Positions 13,093 to 28,049 are shown, counted from the first letter of the stretch. The stretch: DNA of 64,000 bases from Octopus sinensis (GCF_006345805.1 NC_042999.1:93186001-93250000), one strand, 5' to 3'. Notes: generated by a model not told the origin, from the sequence alone. A program made the numbers and translations.

Positions 13093-14334
13093 ACACAGGA
13101 AATGTGTCGAAGCCGACAGGAAGCGTCGATGCTTCCTGGGGCTAAACAGCGGTGAGGTAATCCCCTACTGTCACGTTAAGTTGACAGTATACAACCACCC
13201 TATCGCCCCACCACCGTACATATCTCTATCTCTATGAGATATTTAGAAATTTAATATTTCTGAACCCTTATCTTGTTTCTCACATATGCAACCATCTGAT
13301 TATATTCCTTTACATATATACACGCACGCACCCATGCGCGCGTATATATGTACGAGTAAGGGTATGCATGCATATGGGTATATGTAAACATTTATACACA
13401 TGCAAAATATAGATAACTGCATATGTAGGAACGATGGTACATGAGGATTGTATTTGTAACTTATCTAATATATACATGTATATACGTCTTCACAAATATT
13501 TTCTCAGAATAATTAACACTGCTATTTCCTTAATTCTTAATTCTTCATATATTTGCCTCACAGTTAAAAGCTATGAGTACTTCCTCTACCTCTTAACCCC
13601 CCCCCCGGTTCCTCTATCATTTATACTATAATACCTTTCTCTCTCTATCCTCACTCCTACTTTCAAACTATCTCCACTGACCACTGACCAACCCAATCAT
13701 AATTTTGCTATTTCCTTTTCCTTATTCCTTTTATTCATACCTTCACAGGTTTTATTCTTTATTTTATTTTTTGTTTTTACTAATCTTTTTTCTCCTTTCT
13801 CTTTAATTCTTTCTTTCTCTCCTCCTTTTTCTCCCTCCCTTTATTTTTTTTATCATTCCTTTCTTCCTGTTTTCAATATGACCATATTAATACACTCCCT
13901 ATTTCTAGGTCAGTTTAAACACAAACCTTGAATCTGCTACACTCTATATAAATTCCCTACTGGGAATGACCAACTTTCAGAGAATCTAACATTGCTTATA
14001 AACTCTACATCTGGATGGACTCATATTAAACTCTGTTGGACTTTTGGATTTTACTCAAAGGATATTGGAATATTACACATATATACCATTATGACTATAA
14101 AACGGATTTACGAATTCAATAACCATACATAACTTACACATACTTTCTTTCCTCCACCTCACTCTCTATTTATATCACATCGAGACTAACTATGACTTAA
14201 TTTTTCCTCTCACACCGTCTCCGATGAAGGGATATTATTAATTAATATCCTAGAAACAGCTGTAAGACATTCTATCTATAAATGCTATAATATCTATACA
14301 GCCTTGGTTTTTTATCCCATTACGCAAAAAGGTC
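13090..14334 (+). mobile_element. Non-coding, TA-flanked PLE-related element with a 3' hammerhead motif
   Basis: Bounded by (TA)n on both sides; no ORF; 5' 170 bp repeated in inverted orientation at 9145-9316; HHR-like motif about 70 nt before the 3' end. Confidence 0.6.
14217..14268 (+). ncRNA. Minimal type I hammerhead ribozyme variant (PLE-type)
   Basis: Stem I GUCU/AGAC; core CCGAUGA (U4C variant); stem II GGAUAUUA/UAAUAUCC; GAAA; palindromic stem III ACAGCUGU; cleavage triplet GUA. Confidence 0.7.
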
Positions 14335-16481
14335 ATATATATATATATATGTATGTAGTAATACTAACAATATCCTTTGGATGGAATTTATAAATATTTT
14401 AATGAATAGCTATTTCGTTTCCACAAATCACATTCTCTTAAGATCATAGTCCATATTCCTGGACATCGGGTAACATTAATAGCATTAATTGGTGTTTAAC
14501 TGAGTGTTGTTTACCCCTTTTGACTATTAAAAAAGTTGATTGATGCATGTGTTATTTCTATGTGTATTTGGTGGAGAGGACTGATAGTTGTATGGGAATG
14601 GAGGTGAGTGTGGTAAAGTTGGACTAATTTTGCTATTCTGTCTGTAGATGTTAATGATGAGTAGTACATTCCTTTGTTTGATCTCATTTAAGGCATGATT
14701 ATCTTCAATGAGGTCTAAAGCAAACAGGTCACCAGGTACAAACACTACAGCCATCAGGTGTTGGCGCTCATTGTTTGAGTCATTACATTATACATTCTTA
14801 GGTTGACCTATTAATTATTTCTGGTGGTACAGTGGTGTAGCGTATAACATCTTAAATATTAGTTGCTTTGTTCATTTGCTCATATAGAACAAGGAAAAAA
14901 TACACACAGAAATACTCACATGCTTCAATCAACCTTTTTACTGGTTTAAAGAGATAAACAAGTTAGTTCACAAGTAGTATCGTATTAATACCAAAGTTCA
15001 TTGGCTTAATTCGTTCGATATTTAGATGTAATTTTACTCACTTCTGACGTTGCGAGAATATTACCAGTAATACACTCGAGTCAATTCTTTCGACTATATA
15101 TCTAATGTATACAGATTTTATTATATACATGTAGTAGTTATATATCATTTCAATTATAAGTAGTTTTCAGTTTTATAATTATTGCAAATAATGATACCAA
15201 TCGCAAAATGAGAACAAATCATATGAGTTAATATTCTTTGCCTATAAAACTGAAAAATGTTAATGTATAGAAAGGGCCATCTATTTCATATGAACCAGGA
15301 AACATAATTTTTACATTATTGCGAGACTCGGCATCTTCCTATCTTTCTACCTATAAATCCATAGAAAATCGCCAATGAAAGTCCCACGCAAAAAAATTAG
15401 ATAATTAAAAACAAAGAAATTACAATAAAATTCCTTACATATAAAATACTACTGAATATCAGCAGAACATCTAATAGCGTATTCATGCAATTTATCTTTT
15501 TCTCAAATTTTATTTTAAAATTCTATGAGGCAATGAAATGAATTTAATGGCCGCAATTTTGAAAATAAAACGATACTTTATCGATATGAGCTGATGTAGA
15601 AAGTATAAAGTGTGATATATTCCCTAACTAATGAATGCATTTCCTTTTGTTTCTGACGCTGGCTAAACTTTCTGTGATAAAGCTGAAGCTGTATTAATGG
15701 CAACTCTGAAGATGATATTTGAGAATTTGAGTGAGTTAGGAAGATAGACATTTGAAGGCATAATATATTTCGTAATTAAAATTCGAAAATTTTTATAGAA
15801 TTTATTTATACTTATTTTTATACTAAAAGAAGACGTAGCTGTTATATTCAAATTCTCCTACCTAATTCTAATGAAAATATACCATAGTATGAATAGTAGA
15901 GTTCGAAGGTATCACATTTTGCTTCGATCGAATAGTAATAGCGTGTCTTAGTTTCAAATGTTCGAGTGTAAATCAATTTATAACTAGTTACCTGAATAAT
16001 GACTTTATAGTCAGTTGTTAGAGTTTTGCTTTCTAAAATGTTAAATACATGAACGCCTGATTAATTTGTTTTTATTGATGTCCCTATTGAAAGGGTGGAC
16101 AGTTTGGTGGACACTGGGAGTTGTACATGTAGAGAATAAGAGTTTTGTGAACCAAAGAAGAATAGAATGTATATGTGTAGTCGCTAACACTAGCTATTGC
16201 AGGGAATAACATTTCGGATCGATATAGATAATTGCTTTCATGCAGCATGAGGTGTACTATGCCTAGATATTGGTGTATTATCAAATATGGTTTGTATTTC
16301 CAGCAGACCGATCTACCGGGTAGAAACTCCTTCAAACAACATACAAGAATTATCAGTCAAAATGATATGATAAGTAATACATTTCGTGTAATATCTATGT
16401 CATGAGTTAGACGATTGTTCGTGTCTTACCCTGTCTTGTAAAATATAAACTCCCAAGTATTTAGATCTATTAAACTATCTT

Positions 16482-16710
16482 TGGTGGCGATAGGCAATCT
16501 GAAATTCATGGCCTTTTGACAGGATCGCTAAAGTGCCGGATCAAATGCTTAGTATTTCTTCCGATTTTACATTTTGGCTTCAAATTCAAACGAGGATGGA
16601 CTTGCCTTTAATTCTTCCGGTACCAATTGGGCACTGGTGCTTAAGTAATCGACCTCTTCCGCTGAAAATTGCCGTAATTGTGCCTTTGTCGGCGTAATCA
16701 ATAGAAACCA
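16482..16710 (+). mobile_element. Diverged SINE family A copy
   Basis: gacaggatcgctaaagtgccggatcaaatgcttagtatttc...ttcaaattc...gacttgccttt...gtaatcgac follows the family A layout. Confidence 0.55.
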
Positions 16711-19049
16711 TATTTCAGAATATACGGTCTTAGGCCAACGTCAGAAGTTTCTAAAATTAGTGGATGAAAAAAGCAGTGCAATCCCAAAGAATTCATTTAT
16801 ATTCTCCTAAGCTCAGATCCGACCAGAGTTTCCGTTACACTTTAACTGCGTTTTTTTTTTTGTTAAGGAAAAAAGTTGTAATGTTCTCAGAAGTTGTAAT
16901 GTTCTATAGAACAGTGAAAAGCTTAGATTTGCGTGTGCCATTAGGTTGCATAACCTGTGGCACGTTAATTACTATTTGAAAATTTGTATATCTGTACTTA
17001 ATGTAGGTAGCCATGTGTGCACCTACCAGAGGGTTATTAAAAATTGCAATATAGAAGCATTTGTCTTGGAAACAGCATTGTCTGTGGCAAAATGTATTAG
17101 TTCTATAATAATACTGAATACTAAACATTCCAAATCAAATAATAATGTAGCAAACACACACAGAATTGTTTTTAACAAAAAAGTTTTTCAAATCTTCTAC
17201 AAACCGGAGACATTCGTGTCGCACCTTAAAATCAAGTTAACGAATATGTTACAATATTGATTAAACAATACTCTTTAAAAACTAACAGTTATCTTGCACT
17301 ATCAGACGTTTATGAAAACGATGTCTCTCTTGACACAAGTATCATTTAGGATCTAAAGGTTAAAGATGCGAGCTATGATTCAAGTTATATCACCTCTTTG
17401 ACTCCAGTGTAGATATGATCTCAGTAAAATATTAAAGCTGTTCAAAGACATCAAGAAATATGTTATATGCTGCATTACCTATGTAAAATAAAAATATATA
17501 CAAATATATTTTGCATACAAGATATATCTGACGTATGATCAAATTAATGACAGAAATATAATTATAGTTTCTGTTATTGCTCTATAATCATATTTTTCAA
17601 ATTATCTACAATAGAATAGATCGCTAATAACATTTACTTTCAACTTAAGCACAATCAGTTGGCAATCTGTACATTTAACAATTTTCTTTCTTTTTCTAAC
17701 TTTGTCCTAACATTAAACTTTATTTAGATCAGAGATCTTGTGTTCACTTAGTACGAAACCTCGTGCATCCTAGAATTACGTGACATATGCCATCTACATA
17801 ATCTGCTACTTATCTGTGTTGGGAAAGACGTTTAGTGCACAGGTCAACAAAATCGATAATCTCACATAATCTAAGCGGTATTTAGAAGCAATCTAAACAT
17901 AAGTTCACAACAAGGCATGATTTTCTGCATATATTTGTTTTTAATGAGAACAAAATCAAATTAACCCTTTGGCATTTATTCTATCTTTGTGACCTCTAAT
18001 GCTACACAACATCAAGAGAAATTTGGAACATACGAAGTATGGAAATTAAATGGTTGTGAGCTCATGTAATGGATATGATTGTAAGATATTAGAAAGCAGT
18101 TCAGAAAGTTTAAGGTGTGAGAGGAATTACTGTAGATAAATTATGAAATTGAAAGATGGAGATATAAATGGAGGTAAATTGGAGTGATAAGAAATAGATG
18201 TAAAAAGAGTAAAGGTGATTGAAAGAGAAATTCACATGTAGACCAAGATCAAATCAGAAAGTGGAACAATTTGCCAATGTAAAGTGTAAAAACGTATTAA
18301 TTGCATTTATTTTGAACGCTTTTTGCTATTTTTAACTATTCGCATTATCTGTTGAAAATAAGATCATTTATTCATTGTTTCACTTGTACACAACATCGAG
18401 CTATATCACTGTCGTTATATATAATTAAATTATAACTTGCTAACGTCTATATTATCTTGATCAGGCTCGATCACAGATAAGCGCCAATTTCTTTGCTAAA
18501 CAATATAACGTTTCATTATATATGACATAACATCATCTGATTCAAAACCACCACATGACCCATGGATGACTTTAGCGGACACTGGAAGAATTTATGCCAG
18601 GTCTGTGGTTAGTGTGACTTTCTGACGTCCTGCCAAATATGCCACCGAAACCAAGATTTCTCTTTCATTCCCCCATCAAAACATGCAAAAAAAACTGAAA
18701 TAAACACACCGATCAATTTTCTTTTTGTTCTTTACTCTGCACAGGTTTCGTTCTGACGTAGATCTCATTTATTACATTTTACAAACGAAATATTTTATTC
18801 CTCTCAGTGTGAAAAATTTCTCAATCCCTTTCTATAATTCTTTTCTTCTTTCCGAATACACATTTTATTCAAAGTTTAAGCCGAAAATGTCCGTTTGTAC
18901 ATAAGTGGATGCTCTCCGCCACTCAAATGGGTATCAGAAACAAGAAATTCTATTTTCCCTTGCTTAAAATCACCGTAGATACATCTGGAAGTGTGTCTGC
19001 TCTCCCTAGACATTTTCAACAACTAGGTACTCATCAACAATATCTCTTC

Positions 19050-19690
19050 TGATGATTCTTTATTTGACACATAAACATATAACTATTCTCACTACCGGTC
19101 CTGTTATCAAACGTTTTTGCAATCCTCATCTCTATTAACCAAACTTATTCGACTCGTAAATACATCTCTGATTGATATACTTCAAATATCTTTAGTCAGT
19201 TCGTCTTCCTGGGACGTAGAATCTACGAGAACCATTGTGTACATCTACGCAAAATACACACACATATTATATAATTCCTCACGTCACCGGAGAACACATC
19301 TAGAAAGACGACACTCAGGAATAAGTGAGTGTGGGTCATGTTTGTCTCCGATATATTTCAAGTCGTTTATTGAGAGGTACATTATGGCTTTTGAATCAAA
19401 CTCAACGCCTAGAAAAACTCATCCGTCTAATTCAAGGTAAGAAAAAAGAAAAAGAATAGTAAAATAAAAATCAAACTATATGTTAATATAAATAAACATT
19501 ATATTACCTATCTTATCTTCTCCAGACATGATCGATTGTGTTACTAGCAGGATGATCTTTAAAAATATATGGTCACGAATTTTACACCACGATATCTATC
19601 AACTATAAAATTCTTAAACGGTGTTTTGTAGTCAGCCGATGAAGAGAACTGCTAAAAAACAGGATCGAAAACGCAGAACCTATAATATAA
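19050..19690 (+). mobile_element. Highly degenerate PLE GIY-YIG relic with a downstream hammerhead-like motif (about 19630-19680)
   Basis: Frame fragments TIVYI...ILY...HLERRH...VGH...RLEKLI resemble PLE EN order; followed by GCCGAUGAAG...CUG/CAG...UCGAAA. Confidence 0.4.
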
Positions 19691-20098
19691 TTTATGTATT
19701 TATTAATTTTTTTCAGCATTAATTTGATTAGATTTTTAAGCTGTACTCACGTTATGTTATGTTATTGCTCTATTCGGTTAACATTTTTATTGTACAGTCT
19801 ACTAAACGTTTCTGCACACGACAAATACATTCGTTATAATAATAAGACATTAATTCTTTTAATTACTATAGAATTCATTTCTATAAATCAATTTGAATTT
19901 CCCTTTTTATATTTAGTTAGCTGATTCGCACCATTTTCCATAAATTGTGTCTTTTAATTTGACGTATTTCTGTCAGTGATATTTCGGCACTTACCATATA
20001 CCACAAGTTCCCAGTGTGTATATCAATACCAAAATTATCATAAATGCAAAATTATATTCCTGTCCTACATCTACATACGATGGAAGAGATTTGTGATG

Positions 20099-20099
<1 letters not shown>

Positions 20100-20181
<82 letters not shown>
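20100..20181. repeat. (TA)n microsatellite
   Basis: Direct reading. Confidence 0.95.
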
Positions 20182-20184
<3 letters not shown>

Positions 20185-20979
20185 GCACGCACAGTGAAAG
20201 TACTCACGTATATGCTTATAGAGTAAATATCAGGGACTTATATGGAAGAAAGAAGCAGAGAAATGTGAGAGAGAAATGGAGAGGTAAAATGAGTTTACTT
20301 TGCTATATATTTTATAATAATTATGTGTTTAAACATCCAAAATACACCACATATCTTCTAATCAGTTCGATATATCGATTTTGATTAGCAAACATCAAAT
20401 TAGAAAAAATATACATATATACGCATTAAACAATCTATAGCCTTTCTAACTGATTACACAGACCATAATCGAATATTATCAATAATTTGAATAATTTACT
20501 TGATTATATTATATTTCATTACTTAATATTTTTATGTGTTGTAATACAATTTTTTTACGCAAAAAATATTGGTTATTTTTGTTGATAATTGGAATATACA
20601 AACATGCGGCCAATTCTGTAAATATTAATAATGTTTGTTACCATTGATATCTTTCAACTTCTTTTCCAACTTTTGGATAGAATTAGCAGGTTATACCAAG
20701 TAATACTGACAGGGATCACGATGTGAACGCTCCTGAATTGATTTTCCACATGAAGAAAGAAGGGCTTGTGTCCAAAGTTGATACCAGCGCTTACTTATTC
20801 AAGATTAGGTTAACATTTAAGACTACCAGAAATCCTATGCGAACATGAAAAACCCTCGCCCTAAAGTGAGAGGCATGTCTACCCTCGTAGAAAGCACGAG
20901 AAATACGGAAACATCAACCGAGCTAAAAGGGAGACACTCAACAAATCAACATCAAAGAGAGAGAAAAAGGACTTGTATT

Positions 20980-21860
20980 GTCATTCTAATCGTTGAGTTC
21001 CGAAGTGTTGTCGACAACTCAGTTGTAAAAGCAACTTCCAAAATGCCTGAATGACCGAAGATTATGATTAACGATTTCAGTCGCTAAAACACAAACTGGG
21101 GATGTGCCAATAAGCACGCTGATTGGGATGCAGTAGAGGCCTCAGCAGAAAAAGACAGTTTACTGTAATCCTCGATGCTAAACAATTAATGCCTTTCAAC
21201 AAGCGCCATTGAAATTGGGCTGCAAAAGTTATATTTTTATTTTAGCTAAAATATCACAGGTTCAAGCAAGAAGTTTCTCTTGGAACAACTGCCAAGAAAC
21301 CAACTTCACTCCGTCGGCATTAGAGTCAGTGGTACAATAATTCCAGCCACAGTGCTATTCAGATAAGATAGCGTTCTAGGCTAGGAAAGACGAACGTCCG
21401 TTTCGCCAAAGAATTATGACAAGTTTTTGGACAAGAATTATCTCAAGAAGTATGACAATTTTGCAAAGCCTGCAAGCTTGTACAACAAGCAGTATTCATG
21501 AATACCCCCCACCACCACCACAAAAAAACATTACTCAATACATTTGGGGCTTTGATGCTGAAGTATTAACTGTATTAGCAATAACCAAAGCTCTATGAAT
21601 TCCAACCCGCTACAGAATGTACGATTGAGGTAGGTGGGAGATGCATGATTTTCTTACAGGAGCACCGACAACAGATGTGGCAAGTATTGGTGGAGACAAC
21701 AGATATGATGGAAACCTTCAAAGCCGCGTGGCGTGTCACATGCAAAATAGCAAGGATCTTTCGACCTCAGCACTGCAGCAGTATAACAACATTGTTAACC
21801 AAATTGCACACAAGCAGCTGCTCAATGAGAAATTTACAGCTAAGTAGCCAAGACCAAAAT
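20980..21860 (+). mobile_element. Degenerate APE-type LINE fragment (I/Ingi-like EN-RT linker)
   Basis: KHADWD, WQVLVETTDMMETFKAAW and NQIAHKQLLN resemble linker motifs I recall from I/Ingi-group LINEs. No RT core visible. Confidence 0.4.
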
Positions 21861-21920
21861 TAGATCTAAACTAGTAAATCGCTCTTAAACTAGATCTAAA
21901 CTAGTAAATTGCTCTTAAAC
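21861..21920. repeat. 30-bp tandem duplication
   Basis: tagatctaaactagtaaatcgctcttaaac twice, one mismatch. Confidence 0.9.
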
Positions 21921-21989
21921 TTTTGAAAGGAAAAAGACGTTCTCCCTTAAAGAGCTTTCTATCAGAATCGATATCCTTCAGATTGTTGC

Positions 21990-22021
<32 letters not shown>

Positions 22022-23439
22022 ATATTGAAGGAAAGGAAGACATCGGTATTGCTGACATCAATGATGGCGATTACTAAGATTAGGGTTTTAAGAATGCCTG
22101 TGTATATGTAAGTGCATGTGTGTGTGCGCGCGCGTGTGTTAGGGAATTTATGAAAACGATAAGAACAAATATTCAGTTGGCGAATAAATATATATATGGA
22201 CGTAGCTTAATGGAAGTAAACAAATGTGTTGAATGTAATCTCAGATGTCAATAGTAGTGGCTGTTCGATGTTTATGTATTTAGTCTGCGCTTGGGAATCA
22301 AAGTTATTGGTAGTTGAAGCCAGCATCATGTTTATCATGACACATATAGGAGCGAACGAGTAAGGAGATAATCATATTGTATCTGTGTGAGGTGAAATAG
22401 AGTTCAAACGAGAAGAGATACATAATTTTTACAATTGGTGATATTTTCATGAGATAGAAATTACCCTGACACTTTTGTCAGTAGTGAACAAGTAATAAGG
22501 AAAATATTTTCGTCATTCCTTCCATGAATAATTATGAAGGATTTCATGATTTTAGATACCTTTTATTAAACAAGGTAATTGCTGAAAATACCCCCCAAAA
22601 CTTTTATTCAATGTCTGATGACCAATCAATGCTTAGATGTACTGACATTTATCTCCGTTTCTCATGTTTCTCTTGCCTATCAAGTGCAAGCGAACATTCT
22701 GCTGTATTCCTTAAAATCTGAGCGTCACACTTTTCAAGCTATTTGCAGGATCTGCGCTTCTTGCATACACCTAAGATCGAAGAAAGAATATGTAACTGAT
22801 CTCGTGAAGAAACAGAGGGGCATCTCTCTCTCTCTCTTTACGATTTTAAACTTCATCTGGTACCAGGTGTATTTAAACGCTTAGAACCTTAAACTAACAT
22901 ACATCCAATAACGGAAGCGCAGGGACAAAAAACATTAAACCGAAAGTCCATAGCAGTTCTTGTTTTCCGAGATTTCGTCTCCAAAACTTTGGATTTAAAA
23001 TGTACGCTCCTTGAAACTTTTTTGTGTGTCTAGCCATATTATTACCCAATACACATGCACACACATACATATATCTTGATGTATGTGTATGTGTGTTTGT
23101 GACTCTGGAGTATCCTTATAGAATACTCACGGTATGTCGAGTATATCGCAAAGAAAGAGTACTCACCTTTCTTCTAGTTCAAAATCCAGTAACAGAATTC
23201 ACTAGAACCATGCTTTTTAGCCTCGTCACTATATTTGTGCTTTATGATAACTCGCCCTTTGCTGATAGCTATCTTTTGTGAAAACAGTGAAAATCTAATA
23301 AATAGTAGCAAGAAATGTTCGTTATATTATTATAATCACTGTCTAGTGATTATAACCAAGAAATTATCAATAGAAATAGAGCATAAAACAAAATCAAGCA
23401 AAAATTTTAAAATTCTGTTCTCTGACCAAAGTTCCATGC

Positions 23440-23625
23440 TCATAAAAATTTTTAGAAGCACAAGGCTTGAAATTTCGATCCCTTTGCTCAACTGGTAATT
23501 ATTTAATCAATGCCTGAACTGAAATTCTACCCCACCGGAATTTCAACTCAGAACTTAAAGTCAGAAGAAATATCATTAAGCAATTTGTCCGGCGTGCAAA
23601 CGATTCTGCATGCTTGCGACCTTTT
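23440..23625 (-). mobile_element. Diverged SINE family A copy
   Basis: ccggaatttcaactcagaac...aagcaatttgtccggcgtgcaaacgattctgc is the reverse complement of the family A head. Confidence 0.65.
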
Positions 23626-26600
23626 ATATTCTTAATGATAGCTGTCGCAGAAATCAATTACTTTCAAACTATAAATTAGATGAAATATTAATGATAATTA
23701 CCATGACAATTCATTAGTAACGCCAACAACAATCTTTAAGTTATTTTATGCTACTGCATAAACACTAGATACAGCTTTAACAAATTTGCATTAATCGCAG
23801 TTTACATTTACAAGGAAGAACTGCAGTCATTCCATTTCTATACAATATTTTAAAACTAAATTGCCTTGCCCTCCTTGTTAACACCGTCAATCAGTATTTG
23901 CTCGAATAACAAATTCCCTAAAAAGATGAAGACATAATTCAGGTGTACCTCAGAAATATCTGTTAATTTAACGATGAAGATGAACCGTTGACATTTGAAT
24001 TTATCCTATACGATAATTTCACAGTTACTTTCTGATCCAACGACGATTTGTGCACAAATGTAAGCGATTAAATCGACCCCTTCACCAGCTAATTAATATT
24101 TTATATTATACTGGCCTTGGTGCGATGAAAGTAAAAGTTTCATATCTGCTGGCTTTGAACTCTGAAATTTCTCCGTGAGAGAAAAATATTTATTTCAGGA
24201 GTATATATAAGGCATTGAACGTACACTCATATACTGCTATAAAGCATTATCATTATTTCAAGTAGAAGAACGATGCAGGGAAGGAGCAGTAGGCTGTCCG
24301 AAAAAAAATCATTGAGTTTGACTTCAATTCCTTCAAGGTTTAGGAAGTCGATATCGGGTGTATTTCAGTAGAGCCTGCATTTTAATAATCTACTTTATTT
24401 ATCTCATTTAGAAATGATTATCAGTAAGATAACGTGCGGTTTCTAATAATGCATGTCCTCCATGACTGATACAATTTCGGAAGTATATCAACCTCATTAC
24501 ATTTTCTCTCCCTAACATGTTCTGATAGAATATTCTCGTAACATTACAAAAAAAAATTACATTGTTCAGTTACTGTAAAATTTGTTAATGTATAAGCTGC
24601 AACATTTGAATGAATTTCAACAAACAAAATCCATTACATTATAGCAAAAGTGCCGAATTGGAATGACATCGGCGCTCACTATGTATACCAATACACCAAG
24701 ATTGATAAAATTTGTATCAGCCATATTCTAAAGATGGTTAAATCAGGAGCACACTACATACAACAGAAGTGCACAGCTTTGTATCTATGTTAGACATTGA
24801 TACTTTTTCATTTATTCTTTCATTTTTCATCTGTGCGTTTAATATTTCTTTATATAAGGACGTTTTAAAGGAAATTCTGCAATCACTTTATTGAGTAAAT
24901 ATCTGATTGTATGGAACACTTCAATTCTATTTAGTGTTTGTCGCAGAGACTGCATTGACAAATGAGCATATATAATCGGTTTTTCTTTCATAATGAGATA
25001 TATGTTCTATCTGAAACCCATTAAATATTAAATAAACTAAGAAATAAATAGCAAACTGTACTATAGCAATCGATTGCTATGACCTATTTCTCCCTGTAAT
25101 TGTTATTTCAATAGCTCTTCAATTGATTGATTCCGTCCACAGAAACTTTTTTCATTTCATTCATGTAGTGGTGGACTGTTATTCAATTGATGTATTTAAT
25201 AAAGGATCATAAATCACTGATATAAATTTCTTATCTCTATGTTTTATTATGTAGGAATATATTATAGAATGACACTTTCGTCTTGTGTAGGAAATCAATC
25301 AATTGTGACAATCAGCTAAACGGTTGCCGTATACCCGGCTTCATACAAACTCAAACATTTGGTTTCACTAACCTTCTAGTAAACATACATGCCGCCTTCC
25401 TCCTGTCGTATTTTCAATAATTCTCGAATCTTATTCGTCTATGGAAAACGTGTATTTGGATACTTAAATACATTTATTGATGATGAATAAAATCATGGAG
25501 TAAATTCGTAAAGTTTTAAGTAGGATTCTTACATAAAAGTTCCTGTTAAAAAAATTAAATATGTCCCCTCGTTTTGATATTTGAAGTAATTACACTTTAA
25601 TAAACTTTATACAATATAAGCAGAAGTGAACCGATATTAAATTCCTTGCATTCAGTTCAGTTTCACAAATAAGATAATGAATGTTTTTGAAGAGATGTCT
25701 CTAGTGGATAGTATAAAAGGTTCGTATTGCTGTATATTGCTTAATTTTCCATAGTTTGTAACGACGACACCTGCAGGAATTCAAATTATGAGAATGGCTG
25801 GAAGAAAATGCATTTATATTTCTTCTCTAACGATTTATATTTCTACACCAATCGCAAAATTAAGTATAAATTAGACTCCGTTAAATTACTTGTGTATAAT
25901 CTTTTCTTTGAAAAAAGGCAACGCAATATTTTTATTTCACCGATTTGCTCCTAATGTGAAATAGTGATACTATTTTGTTTGTGCCTGTATTCAACTAATT
26001 TGACCTTGGTGGAGGTTGCCCTGGCCAAATGAACAGACGACTCCAATTACAATTGTAATACCCCCACTCCTTTTATATACAGTGTAGCACTCTTCTGCCA
26101 CGAAAAATAAAATCAATAATTTTTAACTGATTATATGAATAATTCGTAATCTGAAATCACGCAACCATATTAATTTTCAGCCAATGATTACTTTTACCTT
26201 TGGTCAAGCGCAAAGGCTTCTTATTTGTGCCAACCTAAAGGTATTTACGAGAGTAATTGACAAAAGGTTTTAGCCAAAATTAGTAAGTATCAAGACTATT
26301 TTATTTAGTCACTTGGCCAGTTTAAAAACAGCCGTATAATTTTCAAATATCGTACTACCGGTTAAAAGAAAGGTAACAATTAAATATCAAATCGGGATCA
26401 GAGTTTGCTCTAAACACAAATATCCCGATCATCACTACACATATATGTTTGATAATACATTACTCATTGAAGACTAGTTTAAAACGAAGAAATTACAACA
26501 CAGTTTTCAATTTTCTCCATCACTCATAGCTCTCTGCAACGTTTGCTATTAATCTATGTATAATCAATATATACACTACTGATTACATGTTGCCTATGAA

Positions 26601-27309
26601 GTCATTAGTTAAAAGAACAGATTCATTGCCGATAATGTTTAGCAAAGGTGCATAGTTTTGTGAGTTGCCTCAAATTTGTGCAAAAATGAATTTCTCAACA
26701 ACTGGCTCCTCATTAATGTGAACAAATAACCACTTCACATTTTACTGAATTACAAAAATACGCGAGACTGGCAGTAATTTCTGATTTCCGTATTAGAACA
26801 GAAACGTATTACATTATTGGTAGGACACAGAACCATATCAGATGGGTATGTCTTTGGTGGGATTGAAATCGGCTCTGACATTTAATAATCCACCTGTCAA
26901 GTATACTATTTTGTCAATAACGAAATATACCACTTAAGACATTTTAATGGAATTACATGACTTTGGCAGTCGCAGTGGTTGGGGTCATTGTTAGCGTCCG
27001 GATGTGAACGTGTGACATATAATCTACCTCTCTCTTTTACGTTATTAAATCGTCGGTACTCACAATATCTATGATACAAAAGTCAGGTATGAAATCAGTA
27101 ATAATTTTTTTGTGTGTGATACTTGCGTATTTTCGAAGCGTTTCTGAACTTCATTTTTTTCAGTATTGATGGAATAAATATCGGATGAGCACTGGGGTCT
27201 CTGTAATCACCATTCAAATTTGCTGGCCTTATACAATAATTATAAAAAATATATATTTGTCTTTGAAACTTGCTATTATATTTCATATTGTTATTTACTT
27301 TACGTATTC

Positions 27310-27612
27310 AAGATCTTTCCATTCCGGGTTCAAATGCCACCGAGGTCGACTTTGCTTTTCCTCTTTTTGCAGTCGATAAAACAAGAATCAGTTGACCATT
27401 AGGGTCTATGTAATTGACTACCTGTCTCCTCGTGTGCTGATATTAGAAATAAGTATTTACTTCCCGCATTCCGGCTCTTTAGGTTCTGCATTCAAATTCA
27501 GCCAAGCCTATTCTTCCAGAGTCAATAAAATAAGAACTAATTGAAAACTGGGGTCAATGTAAGCAACTTGCTTCTTTCTTAAAATTCTCATAATTGTGCC
27601 AAACTTCTACAC
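27310..27612 (+). mobile_element. SINE family A, two tandem central domains, diverged
   Basis: gggttcaaatgccaccgaggtcgactttgcttttc...gtcgataaaa, then a second ttcaaattcagcc...gtcaataaaataag unit. Confidence 0.7.
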
Positions 27613-28049
27613 CGTTATTTCTTATAAAAAGAAGAGTGACAGAAAGCTAAGTTATTTGAACACTTGAGTACAGGTGCTTTTTTTAAATAAAAATGATTGA
27701 TACGTTTCAAGTTCAAATATTTTTGGTGGTAGCATATTGTAGTCGCTAATTGTGTTTGTCTGCACACTACCGTTTTCTTGTAGGTGGGAGTGTTCTTTCA
27801 TTTCCCCCCTCCACTTATGTAATATTTTGATTTAATTTCTCATTTACCAGTTCATTTAGCTCTTTCCAACAGGCATGAATATATGATTGAATGGTCGAAA
27901 AAGAAATGCATTGCCTTACATATCTTCATTATTTTGGAACAGGACATATCACTAGCCTCTTTTATGAAGTCTCTTTTCGATCAATTCCATATTTTTCACC
28001 TATCAAGCTTATATCTCAATCTTCGCTATATATTATCACTTAATACAGT

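Noticed and set aside
16084-16335. 83-aa minus-strand ORF followed by AATAAA, possible terminal exon
   Set aside because: No homology recognisable and no partner exons.
22610-22650. AAUGU-CUGAUGA...ACAUU, hammerhead-like start
   Set aside because: No stem II, GAAA or stem III.
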